From assembly GCA_040390725.1 (NCBI GenBank), contig JAZJXT010000001.1, positions 85,070-149,069 on the forward strand: DNA of 64,000 nt. The letters are read 5' to 3'. The notes below the pieces were generated by a model. The model worked only from the letters and a program-made list of their open reading frames with translations. It had not been told where the DNA came from and did no database searches. Origin of the DNA: Patescibacteria group bacterium (lineage in GTDB: Bacteria > Patescibacteriota > Minisyncoccia > Phycocordibacterales > UBA9973). The translations under genes and the position numbers were made by a program. Shown piece by piece: positions 46,577 to 56,734 of the stretch (the first letter of the stretch is position 1; the number at the start of each line of letters is the position of its first letter).

Positions 46577-47868
46577 TGCATTTTAAAATACAAAAAAAGT
46601 TGGAAAATAGTTTGGGGCGGGCGGGGGTTTTGGAAACTCCTCACGGGGAGATTTTGACGCCGGCATTTGTGGCTGTGGGCACCAAGGCTACGGTGAAATC
46701 TTTAACTCCGGAACAAGTCCGTGATGCTGGCACACAAGTCGTGCTCGGTAATACTTACCACTTATTTTTACAACCCGGGGATGAAATAGTCCGCGATGCG
46801 GGAGGTATTGGGAAATTTATGAATTGGCATGGTCCCACAATGACGGACTCTGGGGGGTTCCAAGTTTTTTCTTTGGGTGTTGCTTATGGAAAAGATATTT
46901 CAAAAGTTGTTAAAATTACTGACCCGTCGCTAATGATTCCTGAAAGGTTTGATGACAGTGATGCGCCACGGCTCGCAAAAATAGGGCAGGATGGAGTTTC
47001 TTTTAAGTCGCACCTCGATGGCAGTATTCATTATATAACTCCGGAGAAATCAATTCAGATTCAGCACAACCTCGGCGCGGATATTATTTTTGCTTTTGAT
47101 GAATGCACCAGTCCGGCGGAAGATGCAAAATATCAAGAAGAGGCTTTGGAGCGGACGCATATTTGGGCAAAGAGGTGCTTGGAGGAGCACAAAAGATTAG
47201 CTGGCGAAAAAGATTCTTTCTTTACAGGGTCGCTGTCTGTGCCTGCTGGCACAGCGCTGCCTCTCGGCTCGTCAGCCTGCGAGACACCCCGCAAAGAAAA
47301 ATCTTTTTCACCAGCTCTCTTTGGGATCGTGCAAGGCGGGCGAGATGAAAGTTTGCGAAAGAAATCAGCGGAATTTATTTCCAGTTTGGATTTTGATGGG
47401 TTTGGTATCGGTGGGAGTTTTGCCAAAGAAGATATGTCCACAGCAGTAAAATGGGTGAATGAAATTTTGCCGGAAGAAAAGCCTAGGCACTTGCTTGGCA
47501 TCGGTGAGCCGGAAGATTTATTTATGGGCATAGAAAACGGCGTGGATCTTTTTGATTGCGTCTTGCCGACGCGCCTAGGCAGGAATGGCACTATATATAC
47601 AAAGAATGGAAAAATAAGTATTACGAATACAAAATTTAGAAATGATTTTACGCCGATTGAAAATGACTGCGAATGTTATTCTTGTAAGAACTATACAAAA
47701 TCTTACATCGCGCATTTGTTTCACGGTAAAGAAATGCTCGCGGGAACTTTAGCTTCTACTCACAATTTGTATTTTATTGTAAATCTGGTAAAAAAAATCC
47801 GCCAAAGTATTTTGGACGGTAACTTTCACGAATTTAAAAAAGAGTTTTTGAGTAATTATTTAAAATAA
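46576..47868 (+). CDS. tgt: queuine tRNA-ribosyltransferase with a GC-rich in-frame insertion of about 30 aa
   Basis: VLETPHGEILTPAFVAVGT; catalytic Asp regions; Zn site CECYSCKNY...H; 430 aa, about 40 aa longer than typical Tgt. Confidence 0.9.
   Translation: MHFKIQKKLENSLGRAGVLETPHGEILTPAFVAVGTKATVKSLTPEQVRDAGTQVVLGNTYHLFLQPGDEIVRDAGGIGKFMNWHGPTMTDSGGFQVFSLGVAYGKDISKVVKITDPSLMIPERFDDSDAPRLAKIGQDGVSFKSHLDGSIHYITPEKSIQIQHNLGADIIFAFDECTSPAEDAKYQEEALERTHIWAKRCLEEHKRLAGEKDSFFTGSLSVPAGTALPLGSSACETPRKEKSFSPALFGIVQGGRDESLRKKSAEFISSLDFDGFGIGGSFAKEDMSTAVKWVNEILPEEKPRHLLGIGEPEDLFMGIENGVDLFDCVLPTRLGRNGTIYTKNGKISITNTKFRNDFTPIENDCECYSCKNYTKSYIAHLFHGKEMLAGTLASTHNLYFIVNLVKKIRQSILDGNFHEFKKEFLSNYLK
47226..47318 (+). 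other. GC-rich hairpin-containing in-frame insertion inside tgt
   Basis: gtgcctgctggcac and tctcg...cgaga palindromes; GC far above the local average; encodes FTGSLSVPAGTALPLGSSACETPRKEKSF between WAKRC... and ALFGIVQGG, where E. coli and Z. mobilis Tgt have about 14 residues. Confidence 0.55.
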
Positions 47869-47881
47869 TTTTGGGTAAAAA

Positions 47882-47912
47882 ACACCCCCTGTAAAAACAG
47901 AGGGGGAAGGTT
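47882..47912. terminator. bidirectional terminator (tgt + strand; small ORF - strand)
   Basis: ccccct-gtaaaaacag-aggggg; on the - strand followed by tttttt. Confidence 0.55.
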
Positions 47913-47927
47913 CAAAACCTACAATTC

Positions 47928-48161
47928 TTAGACCTGCATTTGCAGGAGGTTGATTGTCGGCTGTTTTTGCCGTAACAACCTTTTTTTCTCCCGAGCTATA
48001 CGCGCGGAACTTTTTCTTATTACCAGTCTTTTTTTTTCATCAGGGGGGGCTGGCGGTCCCTTTTTTGTTGGTTTTTTCCTCACTATGAGGTAAACCACAT
48101 ACACTAATAAGCATATGCCCAGGGTCACTGTTCCTGGAAAAATAAATGTTTCTAAATTCAT
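47928..48161 (-). CDS. small hypothetical membrane protein with Pro/Lys-rich basic tail
   Basis: One TM (GTVTLGICLLVYVVYLIV), then KKPTKKGPPAPPDEKKR...; coding status uncertain. Confidence 0.3.
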   Translation of the reverse strand: MNLETFIFPGTVTLGICLLVYVVYLIVRKKPTKKGPPAPPDEKKRLVIRKSSARIAREKKRLLRQKQPTINLLQMQV

Positions 48162-48247
48162 AATACTTTACTAATTTATATAAAGCATATACCTACCATA
48201 AATAAACGCAAGCGACAAAGTGGATTACTTTTGATATACTGCAAAAT

Positions 48248-50344
48248 ATGCAAGGAAAATTCAAATTAAAACTTCCTTTTGAGCCGGCCGGGGATCAACC
48301 CAAGGCTATTTCGGCTTTGGTAAACGGCTTGAAAAAAGGGATGAGGAAGCAGACGTTGCTGGGGGTGACGGGTAGTGGCAAGACTTTTACCGTAGCGAAT
48401 GTTATTCAGCAAATGCAGAAGTCTACGTTGATAATAGCTCATAATAAAACTTTGGCAGCGCAACTTGCCCAAGAATACAAAAGTTTTTTTCCGGAAAATG
48501 CCGTACATTATTTTGTTTCATATTATGATTATTATCAGCCGGAAGCCTACATGCCGATGACGGACACATATATAGAAAAGGATGCACAGATAAATAAAGA
48601 GATAGACAGGTTGCGACATGCGAGTACGCAAGCCCTTTTGACGCGCAAAGATGTGATAATAGTGGCTTCGGTTTCTTGTATTTACGGTTTGGGAAGTCCG
48701 GAGGAATACAGGGAAGAGAATTTGGAAATAAATGTGGGTGATAAAATTTCTCGTACGGATTTGATGTCGCGTTTAATTGCGATGCATTTCGAAAGGACAA
48801 ATGCGGACTTGACTCCGGGAACTTTCCGCGCGCTTGCGAATAAAATAGAAATAATGCCGGTGTCTGAGAATTTTTTATATAGCATTTCTTTGGAAAAAGA
48901 TAAAATAGAAAATATAATTAGAATTGATCCGGTAAGCTCAAAAGTTTTAAGTGAAGAAAAAAGTATTTTTATTTTTCCGGCAAAACATTTTATAACAAAT
49001 AAATCAAAATTAGAGCTTGCCATAAAAAATATAAAATCTGAGCTGAAAGAGCAGTTAAAAAAGTTCGATAAAGAAGGGAAAATTTTGGAAGCGGAAAGAA
49101 TAAAAAGAAGAACGAATTATGATGTGGCGATGCTTCGCGAGGTGGGGTATTGTTCCGGTATTGAAAATTACTCTCGACATTTATCTGGTAAAAAAGCCGG
49201 TGAAGCACCGGAGACTTTGCTATCTTATTTTCCAAAAAAAGAAAGTCAGGAAAGTACTCTTCGTCGCTCGCACTCTGTCCTGGAAGGGCAAGGTTCATAT
49301 GTTCGTAGCGAAGGCTTCTCCAAGTACTTTCCTGACTTTCTTACTATTATTGATGAATCGCATGTGACTGTGCCACAAATCGGTGGTATGTATGCGGGTG
49401 ATGCTTCGAGAAAAGGTACATTGGTTGATCATGGTTTTCGTTTACCTTCAGCGAAAGACAATCGCCCTCTGAAATATGATGAATTTGAAAAAAGAGTCGG
49501 GCAAGTTATTTATACTTCGGCGACGCCATCAGAATTGGAAAGAAAAGAAAGTGCGCAAATCGTGGAGCAGATTATTCGTCCTACAGGGCTTGTTGATCCG
49601 GAGATAGAGGTGAAGCCGGTAATTGCTTCTAAGAAATATCCCGGTCAAGTGCAAGATTTTATCAAAGAAGCGGAAAAGGAAATAAAAAAAGGCGGGCGTG
49701 TGATAGCCACGACCTTGACCAAAAAAATGGCGGAAGATTTATCGGCATATTTGAAAGATAAAAAAATAAAATCAGAATATGTACACAGTGATATAAAAAC
49801 AATTGAACGCATAAAAATTTTAACGGAATTCCGAAAAGGGAAATTTGATATTTTAGTCGGGGTGAATTTGCTCCGTGAAGGATTGGATTTGCCGGAGGTG
49901 ACATTGATAGGAATTTTAGACGCGGACAAGGAAGGTTTTTTGCGCAGTGAAGTTTCTCTCATTCAGACTATCGGTCGCGCAGCTAGGAATGTCGAAGGGC
50001 GAGTGATTCTTTATGCGGATCATATTACCGGATCGATGAAGCGCGCGATGGATGAGACGAATCGCAGACGGGTGATACAAGTGGCTTATAATAAAAAACA
50101 CAACATAACTCCGAAAACCATTATCAAAAAAATTCAAGACATTACCGAAGGTATGGATACTATTCACGACAAAGCCGTGCGTTCCGAACTCGATTTAGAT
50201 ACAAAACTTTTCGCTAAAAATCCATCAAAACTTGTGAAATTAAAAGAGCGTCAAATGTCTGAAGCTGTAAAAGCTCTCGACTTTGAAACAGCAGCTATTT
50301 TGCGTGATGAATTAAAGATCCTAAGGGAGAGATTAGTGAAATAG
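48248..50344 (+). CDS. uvrB: excinuclease ABC subunit B with an in-frame insertion of about 30 aa
   Basis: Walker A (GVTGSGKTFT); helicase motifs; DESHVTVPQIGGMY; C-terminal UVR domain; 698 aa. Confidence 0.95.
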   Translation: MQGKFKLKLPFEPAGDQPKAISALVNGLKKGMRKQTLLGVTGSGKTFTVANVIQQMQKSTLIIAHNKTLAAQLAQEYKSFFPENAVHYFVSYYDYYQPEAYMPMTDTYIEKDAQINKEIDRLRHASTQALLTRKDVIIVASVSCIYGLGSPEEYREENLEINVGDKISRTDLMSRLIAMHFERTNADLTPGTFRALANKIEIMPVSENFLYSISLEKDKIENIIRIDPVSSKVLSEEKSIFIFPAKHFITNKSKLELAIKNIKSELKEQLKKFDKEGKILEAERIKRRTNYDVAMLREVGYCSGIENYSRHLSGKKAGEAPETLLSYFPKKESQESTLRRSHSVLEGQGSYVRSEGFSKYFPDFLTIIDESHVTVPQIGGMYAGDASRKGTLVDHGFRLPSAKDNRPLKYDEFEKRVGQVIYTSATPSELERKESAQIVEQIIRPTGLVDPEIEVKPVIASKKYPGQVQDFIKEAEKEIKKGGRVIATTLTKKMAEDLSAYLKDKKIKSEYVHSDIKTIERIKILTEFRKGKFDILVGVNLLREGLDLPEVTLIGILDADKEGFLRSEVSLIQTIGRAARNVEGRVILYADHITGSMKRAMDETNRRRVIQVAYNKKHNITPKTIIKKIQDITEGMDTIHDKAVRSELDLDTKLFAKNPSKLVKLKERQMSEAVKALDFETAAILRDELKILRERLVK
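49234..49331 (+). other. inserted segment of about 90 nt inside uvrB with terminal inverted repeats (gaaagtactcttcg ... cgaag..agtactttc), flanked by tattttcc / tactttcc
   Basis: Encodes KKESQESTLRRSHSVLEGQGSYVRSEGFSK between LSYFP and YFPDFLTIIDESH; E. coli UvrB has FDYLPADGLLVVDESH here with no such segment. Confidence 0.5.
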
Positions 50345-50455
50345 ATTTGCCTACTATCCTTACATATGTAGACATAGTAGACATTTTTAAAAACTGTGGA
50401 TAACTATTAAAAAACCCTTTACATTTGGTGTGAGCTTGCTATACTTTTTTTCATT

Positions 50456-51868
50456 ATGATAATGGTGCAGAAAAAAACAAAAAAAGCTAAAAAGCAGGGC
50501 AAGAATTGGAGGAAGTTCTGGAAGCTCGGGATTGATGAATTCAATACCCAGTTTTATGGCGTGTCCAAGGATGGCGAGCTGACTGTTTCAGAGGGGCATC
50601 ATTCCTATAATCTGTCTGACATTGCAAAAAAGTATGGGACACCACTTCAGGTAGTTTTTCCGTTTGTTATCGAAGACCGCTTAAAAGACCTTATTGGTTA
50701 TTTTCAAGCGTACATGAAAATTTATGGTTATAGAGGAAAATTCTTTTATCATTATCCAATGAAAGTAAATCAAAATAAAGAATTTATTTTACCGCTTCTT
50801 TCCGAGGGTGCGAATTTGGAAGTAACTTCCGCAAATGAACTTTGGATCGTAAAGAAACTTTGGGAGCGTGAAAAATTTAGCGAAAAGATTCGTGTTCTTT
50901 GCAATGGTCCAAAGACTGACCAATACCTCGATCTTATCGAAGAACTTCGCGCGAAGGGGATGAACATTGTTCCTATCATTGAAGGTCCGGAAGAAATTGA
51001 AAGAATTTCTAAACATAAAGGTGATATTGGTTTGCGTGTTGATTTGTCTATAAAAGCAGATACTCATTGGGATAAAAAATTTGATCGCTTTGGTCTTTCA
51101 GAAAAAGACGCGCTTGATTTGAGTAAAATGAAGAATTTAAAAGTAATGCACTATCATCTTGGTTCTCAAATCAAAACTCAAAAAAGTATTCTCGATGGAG
51201 TAAAGCATGGATTTTCTATTTATACGCAATTACAAAAAATACATCCGAATTTGGATACATTAGATATAGGAGGAGGATTTAGCATACCTTATGAAAAGAA
51301 AAAGTTTTATGTTGCAAAAGGTGTGACAAGTAAGATCGTAAGATTATTAAAAAACTTGTCAGACAAGGCTGGTATCAGGCATCCCAATTTGGCTGTAGAA
51401 TGGGGTCAGTATATCGTGGCTCCCGCACAAGTGACTATTTATAAAGTTATTTCTGAAAAAGATATTCCAAAAGCAAATGCAAAATCTTGGTATATTATTG
51501 ATGGGTCATTTATGAATGACTTGAAAGATACTTGGGCTATACACCAAAAATGGCATGTGATTCCTGCCAATAATATGCAGGAAAATTTAAAGACTGTATG
51601 GCTCGCGGGTAGTACTTGTGATTCTGATGATAAATATACTGCCGGCGGGAATTATATTTTGATGCCGAAAAATTCTGAAAATAGAGATCAACAGCTAATA
51701 GCAGTGCTAGACACCGGTGCATATCAAGAGGGTTTGGCATCGCACCATTGTCTGTTGTCTGCTCCGATGAAAATCGCCTTACAGGATGGAATGATAAAAA
51801 TAATTCGCAAGCGTGAGACTGCAGATGCTATCGGTAAAATGTTTGGCTGGAATGGTGATCATAAATAA
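50456..51868 (+). CDS. PLP-dependent decarboxylase of the Orn/DAP/Arg decarboxylase family (alanine-racemase fold); arginine/ornithine decarboxylase-like
   Basis: PLP-Lys motif (YPMKVNQN; y-a-x-K-x-N); DIGGGFSIPY Gly-rich motif; 470 aa. Confidence 0.65.
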   Translation: MIMVQKKTKKAKKQGKNWRKFWKLGIDEFNTQFYGVSKDGELTVSEGHHSYNLSDIAKKYGTPLQVVFPFVIEDRLKDLIGYFQAYMKIYGYRGKFFYHYPMKVNQNKEFILPLLSEGANLEVTSANELWIVKKLWEREKFSEKIRVLCNGPKTDQYLDLIEELRAKGMNIVPIIEGPEEIERISKHKGDIGLRVDLSIKADTHWDKKFDRFGLSEKDALDLSKMKNLKVMHYHLGSQIKTQKSILDGVKHGFSIYTQLQKIHPNLDTLDIGGGFSIPYEKKKFYVAKGVTSKIVRLLKNLSDKAGIRHPNLAVEWGQYIVAPAQVTIYKVISEKDIPKANAKSWYIIDGSFMNDLKDTWAIHQKWHVIPANNMQENLKTVWLAGSTCDSDDKYTAGGNYILMPKNSENRDQQLIAVLDTGAYQEGLASHHCLLSAPMKIALQDGMIKIIRKRETADAIGKMFGWNGDHK

Positions 51869-51869
51869 T

Positions 51870-52310
51870 ATGAAAAAAAGTTTTTACTGGTTGATAGTGG
51901 TAATTGTTATTTTTTTGGGTTTTTTGTTTTTGCAAAATAAACATGCTCCCGATTTTCACTATGTGAAAATCGGGAGCCAAACACTCAAAGTAGATTTGGC
52001 TTTGACTAATGCAGAACAGGAACAGGGACTTTCTGGCAGGTCAATTTTAGCAGAAGATGAAGGAATGCTTTTTGTTTTTAAGCAACCATCAAAAAATCTT
52101 TTCTGGATGAAAGATATGAATTTCTCGATAGACATGATTTGGTTTGATCAAAATATGAAAGTAATTTATATGCAGAAAAATGCGACACCGGAATCATATC
52201 CAGGAACCTTTGGACCGGATGGAAATTCTAAATATGTTTTAGAAGTAGTTTCTGGTTTTTCAGATAAGAATCATCTCCAGGTAGGGGATAAAATTGAGAT
52301 TATTAGATAG
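51870..52310 (+). CDS. DUF192 (COG1430) domain protein, membrane-anchored
   Basis: N-terminal TM; FSIDMIWFD...VIYM matches the DUF192 core. The ORF-track start at 51813 overlaps the previous gene; the ATG at 51870 (MKKSFYW) is preferred. Confidence 0.6.
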   Translation: MKKSFYWLIVVIVIFLGFLFLQNKHAPDFHYVKIGSQTLKVDLALTNAEQEQGLSGRSILAEDEGMLFVFKQPSKNLFWMKDMNFSIDMIWFDQNMKVIYMQKNATPESYPGTFGPDGNSKYVLEVVSGFSDKNHLQVGDKIEIIR

Positions 52311-52368
52311 GGAGTAAAGAAAATGTTTTTGATTTTTAGGTCGGGGGTATTTTGTAGTAAGTATTAAT

Positions 52369-55300
52369 TTAAGCTTTACTATTTACATAAACCTTCCTTC
52401 CAACATACACAAGACCTGCCGCTACTAATATCAATATCAAGATATTTATAGGAGTGGATTTGATATGCGTAACACTAGAGATGGCATTCGCTGTTAATCC
52501 AAGCATACTGTTGTCTGTTGTTGTGGGCGCAGGAGCAACCGTGCTTGTGTCTACTGTAGTTGTTAAATCTGCTCCAGCTGTTGTTCCTGTGTCTGTTGTA
52601 GTGCCAGATCCAGAAGTAGATACTGATGTTGTGCTTGTTGTTGTATTTTTTGTACTTGTCTTTGTAGAAGTTTTTGTTGCTGTTGCTGTGTCTGTAGATT
52701 TGGTCGTAGTGGTTGTATTAGTTGTAGTATCAGCAGGTTTTATTGTCGTTGTATCTTTTGTGGCTGTATCTGTAATTATATTTTGTGTTCCTTGATTAGG
52801 GTTAGTAGTTGTATCTGTATTTGTTCCCGTGTCTCCTGTAAAATTTCCGCCACTATTTCTCCTTATTGTATATGCAAAAGATCCAACAGCTGACATATTT
52901 AATGCATCATCACAGCCAACTGCTTGAATAGTTTGAGTTGAAGATACAGAAATTGCTCCTGAGTACAGAGTACCCACTGTGCATGACGGAGCTGTTGTTC
53001 CATCAGTTGTATAATAAATTTTTGTAGAACCAGTAGAAGAAAGAGTTACTGATTGAGTACCAGTGAATGTTCCAGCAGCTGGGGTCGCAGTAGGAGTTAA
53101 TGGGTTGCATGCAGTTGTATTGAAATTAGATTCATTACCTACGCTTGTTCCATTTGTGTTTGTAGCATATGCTCGGAAATAATATTTAGTACCGCAAGTT
53201 AGGCTTGAAAGGTCAGAAGAGAAGGAACCTATATTAAAAGGAGCGTTAGTATTGTCCACAGTTACATTTGGATTATAGTCAGCAATGTCAGTTGAAGTTG
53301 GATGTGAGGTTGTGTCGTAACCGAAGCCTCGTATTGTGACACTTGAACCTCCGGTATCGTAAATAGTGCCATTGACTGTAGAGGTATTGGCAGTAGGAGG
53401 GGTGACGTATAAATTTAGGAAACCAATATTGCTTGTACCGTGGGTTTGGATAGGAGTAAGACTATTCGTGGTAGTATTGTTGCCCAGTTGACCAACGCTA
53501 CTATCCCCCCACGCCCAGACTGTGCCGTCAGATTTAAGGGCGAGGGAAAAGTCAGCTCCATTAGTAATAGAAGTAATATCAGTTAAGCCAGAAAATTGAA
53601 TAGGGGTATGCCTATCGGTAATTGTGCCGTCGCCTAATTCACCATCGCCATTATAACCCCACTCCCAGACTGTACCGTCATTTTTTACAGCAAAAGAATG
53701 ATATTCACCTGTAGGAATATTAGTAATACCCGTAAGTCCAGAAACTTGAACGGGAGTATGTCTGTCAGTAGTTGTACCGTCACCTAGCTGACCAAAATCA
53801 TTTCTTCCCCATGCCCAGACTGTGCCGTCGGATTCTAGAGCGAGGGAACGGAAAGCACCAGTAGAAATCTTAGTAATACCCGTAAGCCCGGAAACTTGAA
53901 CAGGAGAAAGTCTATTGGTTATTGTGCCGTTGCCTAATTCACCAAAACCATTATAACCCCAAGCCCATACTGTACCGTCGGATTCTAGGGCGAGGGAGTG
54001 ATCTGTCCCAATGGAAGCAGAGATAGCAACAACTCCATTAAGACTAGAAACTTGAACTGGTGTAAGTCTGTCGGTTGTTGTGTTATCACCCAACTGACCA
54101 ACCCTGTTGCTTCCCCATGCCCAGACTGTGCCGTCGGATTTGAGGACTATAGAAAAGTCAGATCCACCAGTAATAGAAACAATATCAGTTAAGCCGGAAA
54201 CTTGAATAGGAGTGAGTCTATCAGTTGTTGTACCATCACCGAGTTGACCTTGTCCATTACCTCCCCATGCCCAGACGGTACCGTCGGATTTTAGAGCTAG
54301 GGAATGATCATGCCCTCCGGCAATATTAGTAATACCTGAAAGTCCGGAAACTTGAACAGGAGTAAGTCTATTAGTTGTTGTACCGTCACCTAATTTACCA
54401 AAATCATTTTGTCCCCACGCCCAGACGGTACCGTCGGATTTTAGAGCTAGGGAATGATCTACGCCTGCAGAAATTGTAGCAGTAAAAGTCGTAAGGCTCG
54501 GCTTAGCACATATGCTAGTTGTAAAGTTTAATATATTTCCATCTCCTTCACCATCATTAGATTTTGCATATGCTTGGTAGTCGTATTGTGTATTACAAGC
54601 AAGAGTTGTCACTATTGCGGAAAATCCTCCCACGCCTAAGCCTGTACTTAAAGTTAAAGACTGAGAAAGAACTTGACCATGAACACCATAATGAAATCCT
54701 TTCTCTGTTAAGCTAGATGATCCTTGTGAAATAATATTTCCTTGAAGTTGCCCAGAACTTCTTGTGATACTTGTCGCAACGTTAGTTGTAACATTAGGGA
54801 CAGAAGTAATAGCAGATGCACTAGGTCCAGCATTTGAGAAAGTAGAAGTTGCTTGCAGTGTCGGTGCATCTGCTCCGGTAACACCAGTACAACTTGTAGA
54901 GAGAGTACCACAACCATCGGTTGGTTGGTTGGAAGTAGTTGTATTCCAATAAGATCCGCTGATTGTTCCTTGATTAGTTCCTATAAATCCTCCAAACTCA
55001 ACAGTTCCTCCGCTTACATTACCAGAAGCGTACGAGTTTGTAATTGTTGCTCCACTTGAACTGCTTCCTACAAGTCCTCCAACATGCATTACACCACTTA
55101 CATTTCCTGTGGCATAAGAGTTAGAAATGGTAGCATTACTATTTCCGTCATTAAAACCAACCAAGCCTCCTGCGTTAGAATCAGTACATGTAACTGTTGC
55201 CGTAGAATAAGAATTCGTTATTGTTGCAGTATTGGACCCAACTAATCCTCCCACAGCACTGCTCCCAGTAACTGATCCGGTAGAATAAGAATTCGTTATT

Positions 55301-55734
55301 GTTTTAAAGTTAACTCCAGCTAAAATACCGACACCGCTATTGCCTGAAATATTCGCATTTATTATTCCAATATTGCTTATAGTTCCAGCTTGTATACCGA
55401 ATAGGCCTACAAAGTTAGTACTAGACATATTGATAGTTAGTCCGGAAACTTTAAATCCATTTCCATTTAGTGCTCCAGAAAAGGCAACATCATTATCTCC
55501 CACAGGAGTGAATGTAGTAGTGCTACAATCAATGTCATTAGCCAATTGATAACTTCCAGAAAGGTTAAGATTCATGTTTTGCAAGTCCTGGCAAGTGGTG
55601 ATGATAGTCGTAGGGGATGATGCAAAAGCAACACTAAAACCAGCACTAAATCCTGTGCTAATAAAAGCGACCAAAGTGAAAACTGATGTGATTTTTTTTA
55701 TAATATTTTTCATAATTTTTTTGTCTCCACGCAA
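52369..55734 (-). CDS. giant secreted cell-surface protein: GLUG-motif repeats, about 7 RCC1-type beta-propeller repeats, Fn3/chitobiase-like domain, Thr-rich stalk, C-terminal TM anchor
   Basis: Signal peptide; repeated GGLVG (GLUG) units; seven [28 protein letters not shown] repeats; [12 protein letters not shown] domain; T-rich linker; C-terminal hydrophobic anchor; 1121 aa. Confidence 0.7.
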   Translation of the reverse strand: MRGDKKIMKNIIKKITSVFTLVAFISTGFSAGFSVAFASSPTTIITTCQDLQNMNLNLSGSYQLANDIDCSTTTFTPVGDNDVAFSGALNGNGFKVSGLTINMSSTNFVGLFGIQAGTISNIGIINANISGNSGVGILAGVNFKTITNSYSTGSVTGSSAVGGLVGSNTATITNSYSTATVTCTDSNAGGLVGFNDGNSNATISNSYATGNVSGVMHVGGLVGSSSSGATITNSYASGNVSGGTVEFGGFIGTNQGTISGSYWNTTTSNQPTDGCGTLSTSCTGVTGADAPTLQATSTFSNAGPSASAITSVPNVTTNVATSITRSSGQLQGNIISQGSSSLTEKGFHYGVHGQVLSQSLTLSTGLGVGGFSAIVTTLACNTQYDYQAYAKSNDGEGDGNILNFTTSICAKPSLTTFTATISAGVDHSLALKSDGTVWAWGQNDFGKLGDGTTTNRLTPVQVSGLSGITNIAGGHDHSLALKSDGTVWAWGGNGQGQLGDGTTTDRLTPIQVSGLTDIVSITGGSDFSIVLKSDGTVWAWGSNRVGQLGDNTTTDRLTPVQVSSLNGVVAISASIGTDHSLALESDGTVWAWGYNGFGELGNGTITNRLSPVQVSGLTGITKISTGAFRSLALESDGTVWAWGRNDFGQLGDGTTTDRHTPVQVSGLTGITNIPTGEYHSFAVKNDGTVWEWGYNGDGELGDGTITDRHTPIQFSGLTDITSITNGADFSLALKSDGTVWAWGDSSVGQLGNNTTTNSLTPIQTHGTSNIGFLNLYVTPPTANTSTVNGTIYDTGGSSVTIRGFGYDTTSHPTSTDIADYNPNVTVDNTNAPFNIGSFSSDLSSLTCGTKYYFRAYATNTNGTSVGNESNFNTTACNPLTPTATPAAGTFTGTQSVTLSSTGSTKIYYTTDGTTAPSCTVGTLYSGAISVSSTQTIQAVGCDDALNMSAVGSFAYTIRRNSGGNFTGDTGTNTDTTTNPNQGTQNIITDTATKDTTTIKPADTTTNTTTTTKSTDTATATKTSTKTSTKNTTTSTTSVSTSGSGTTTDTGTTAGADLTTTVDTSTVAPAPTTTDNSMLGLTANAISSVTHIKSTPINILILILVAAGLVYVGRKVYVNSKA

Positions 55735-55899
55735 AACATGGAAGACTTAATTTATAATATTTTTAATAAGTTATAGGTGCATTGTATCATAGTGAGCTTT
55801 AAAAGTCAAGCGAAATTGGTAATATGCACACACATATGGCGGTCTTATGAATCCGCCCTTATTTTACTTGCTATTTTTAGGCTTATATATTATAATTAG

Positions 55900-56265
55900 A
55901 AAGTCTTGAGCTGGATAATCGCGTCCTGAGCTTGTCGAAGGATGAGGAAAGTCCGAACATGGCGAATCCAATTTATTGGAAGGGAATGGTAATGGGTAAT
56001 TCCCATACAGGGCAACCTGCGAGGTGCGAGCAGAGACGCCGATGCCGAAAGGCTAGGGCTCCGACGTAACGTCGGAGCAGTCCAGTGGAAACACTGGGGT
56101 GAAACGGCTAAATCCTTACCCCCATGCAAGATCGTGTCCGCCCACAGCTACACAGTTGCTGGCGGAAGAATCGCTCGACTCCGACGGTAACGTCGGAGCT
56201 AGATAAATGATTATCGTTCCGACCTCGTGTCGGGATACAGAATTCGGCTTATAGGCTTAAGACAA
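55900..56265 (+). ncRNA. rnpB: RNase P RNA (bacterial type A)
   Basis: P4 hallmark GAGGAAAGTCCG near the 5' end and ACAGAATTCGGCTTA near the 3' end; P1 pairing gtcttgag/cttaagac; TATAAT at 55892-55897 about 6 nt upstream; terminator immediately downstream. Confidence 0.85.
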
Positions 56266-56271
56266 AACATG

Positions 56272-56300
56272 AAAAATCCCCTTGCAAGAGGGGATTTTTC
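56272..56300 (+). terminator. rho-independent terminator of rnpB
   Basis: atcccct-tgcaag-aggggat followed by ttttt. Confidence 0.75.
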
Positions 56301-56335
56301 TATTGCTTTTATTTTAAAAATGATATAATAGAAGT

Positions 56336-56734
56336 ATGAATATAAATTTACAAGCAAAAAATATGGAGCTCACTCCTGCCATAGGTGATTATGTTGAGAA
56401 GAGGGTGACCAATTTAGGTAAATTTCTCTCTGGCATAGAGGAAAAAGGCGGTGAGGTAAAAGTTTTTTTTGATGTTGCTAAAACCACTAATCATCACAAG
56501 GGGGGAGAATTTTTTCAAGCAGATTGCTCTATAATAATAGATGGTGATAAATTTTATTCTAAATCAGACAAGGAAGATTTATATGAAGCAGTTGATGATG
56601 TAAAAGAAAATCTTTTCCACGAAATTACCCGTTTTAAGAATCGCCGTGAGAATCTTTTCCGCCGTGGCGCTCGCAGTGTCAAGAAAATGTTGAAAGGTAT
56701 TTCAAAACGTAATCCTCTTACTTCAAAATATTAA
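56336..56734 (+). CDS. hpf: ribosome hibernation promoting factor / ribosome-associated inhibitor (HPF/RaiA, short form)
   Basis: MNINLQAKNMELTPAIGDYVEKRV... typical HPF N-terminus; 132 aa. Confidence 0.85.
   Translation: MNINLQAKNMELTPAIGDYVEKRVTNLGKFLSGIEEKGGEVKVFFDVAKTTNHHKGGEFFQADCSIIIDGDKFYSKSDKEDLYEAVDDVKENLFHEITRFKNRRENLFRRGARSVKKMLKGISKRNPLTSKY

Noticed and set aside
47103-47591. Overlapping alternative-frame ORFs 47103-47348 (+) and 47133-47591 (-) inside tgt
   Set aside because: Explained by the locally GC-rich insertion, which removes stop codons in several frames; Tgt itself is intact and reads through. Noted as evidence for the insertion, not as genes.
48266-49298. Chain of minus-strand ORFs (48266-48508, 48423-48800, 48682-49023, 48990-49298) across uvrB
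   Set aside because: Antisense to uvrB with frame-hopping short ORFs; not coding.
55896-56129. 77-aa ORF on the minus strand
   Set aside because: Lies entirely within the RNase P RNA gene (GAGGAAAGTCCG P4 motif, ACAGAATTCGGCTTA 3' element); a spurious ORF in a structured ncRNA.
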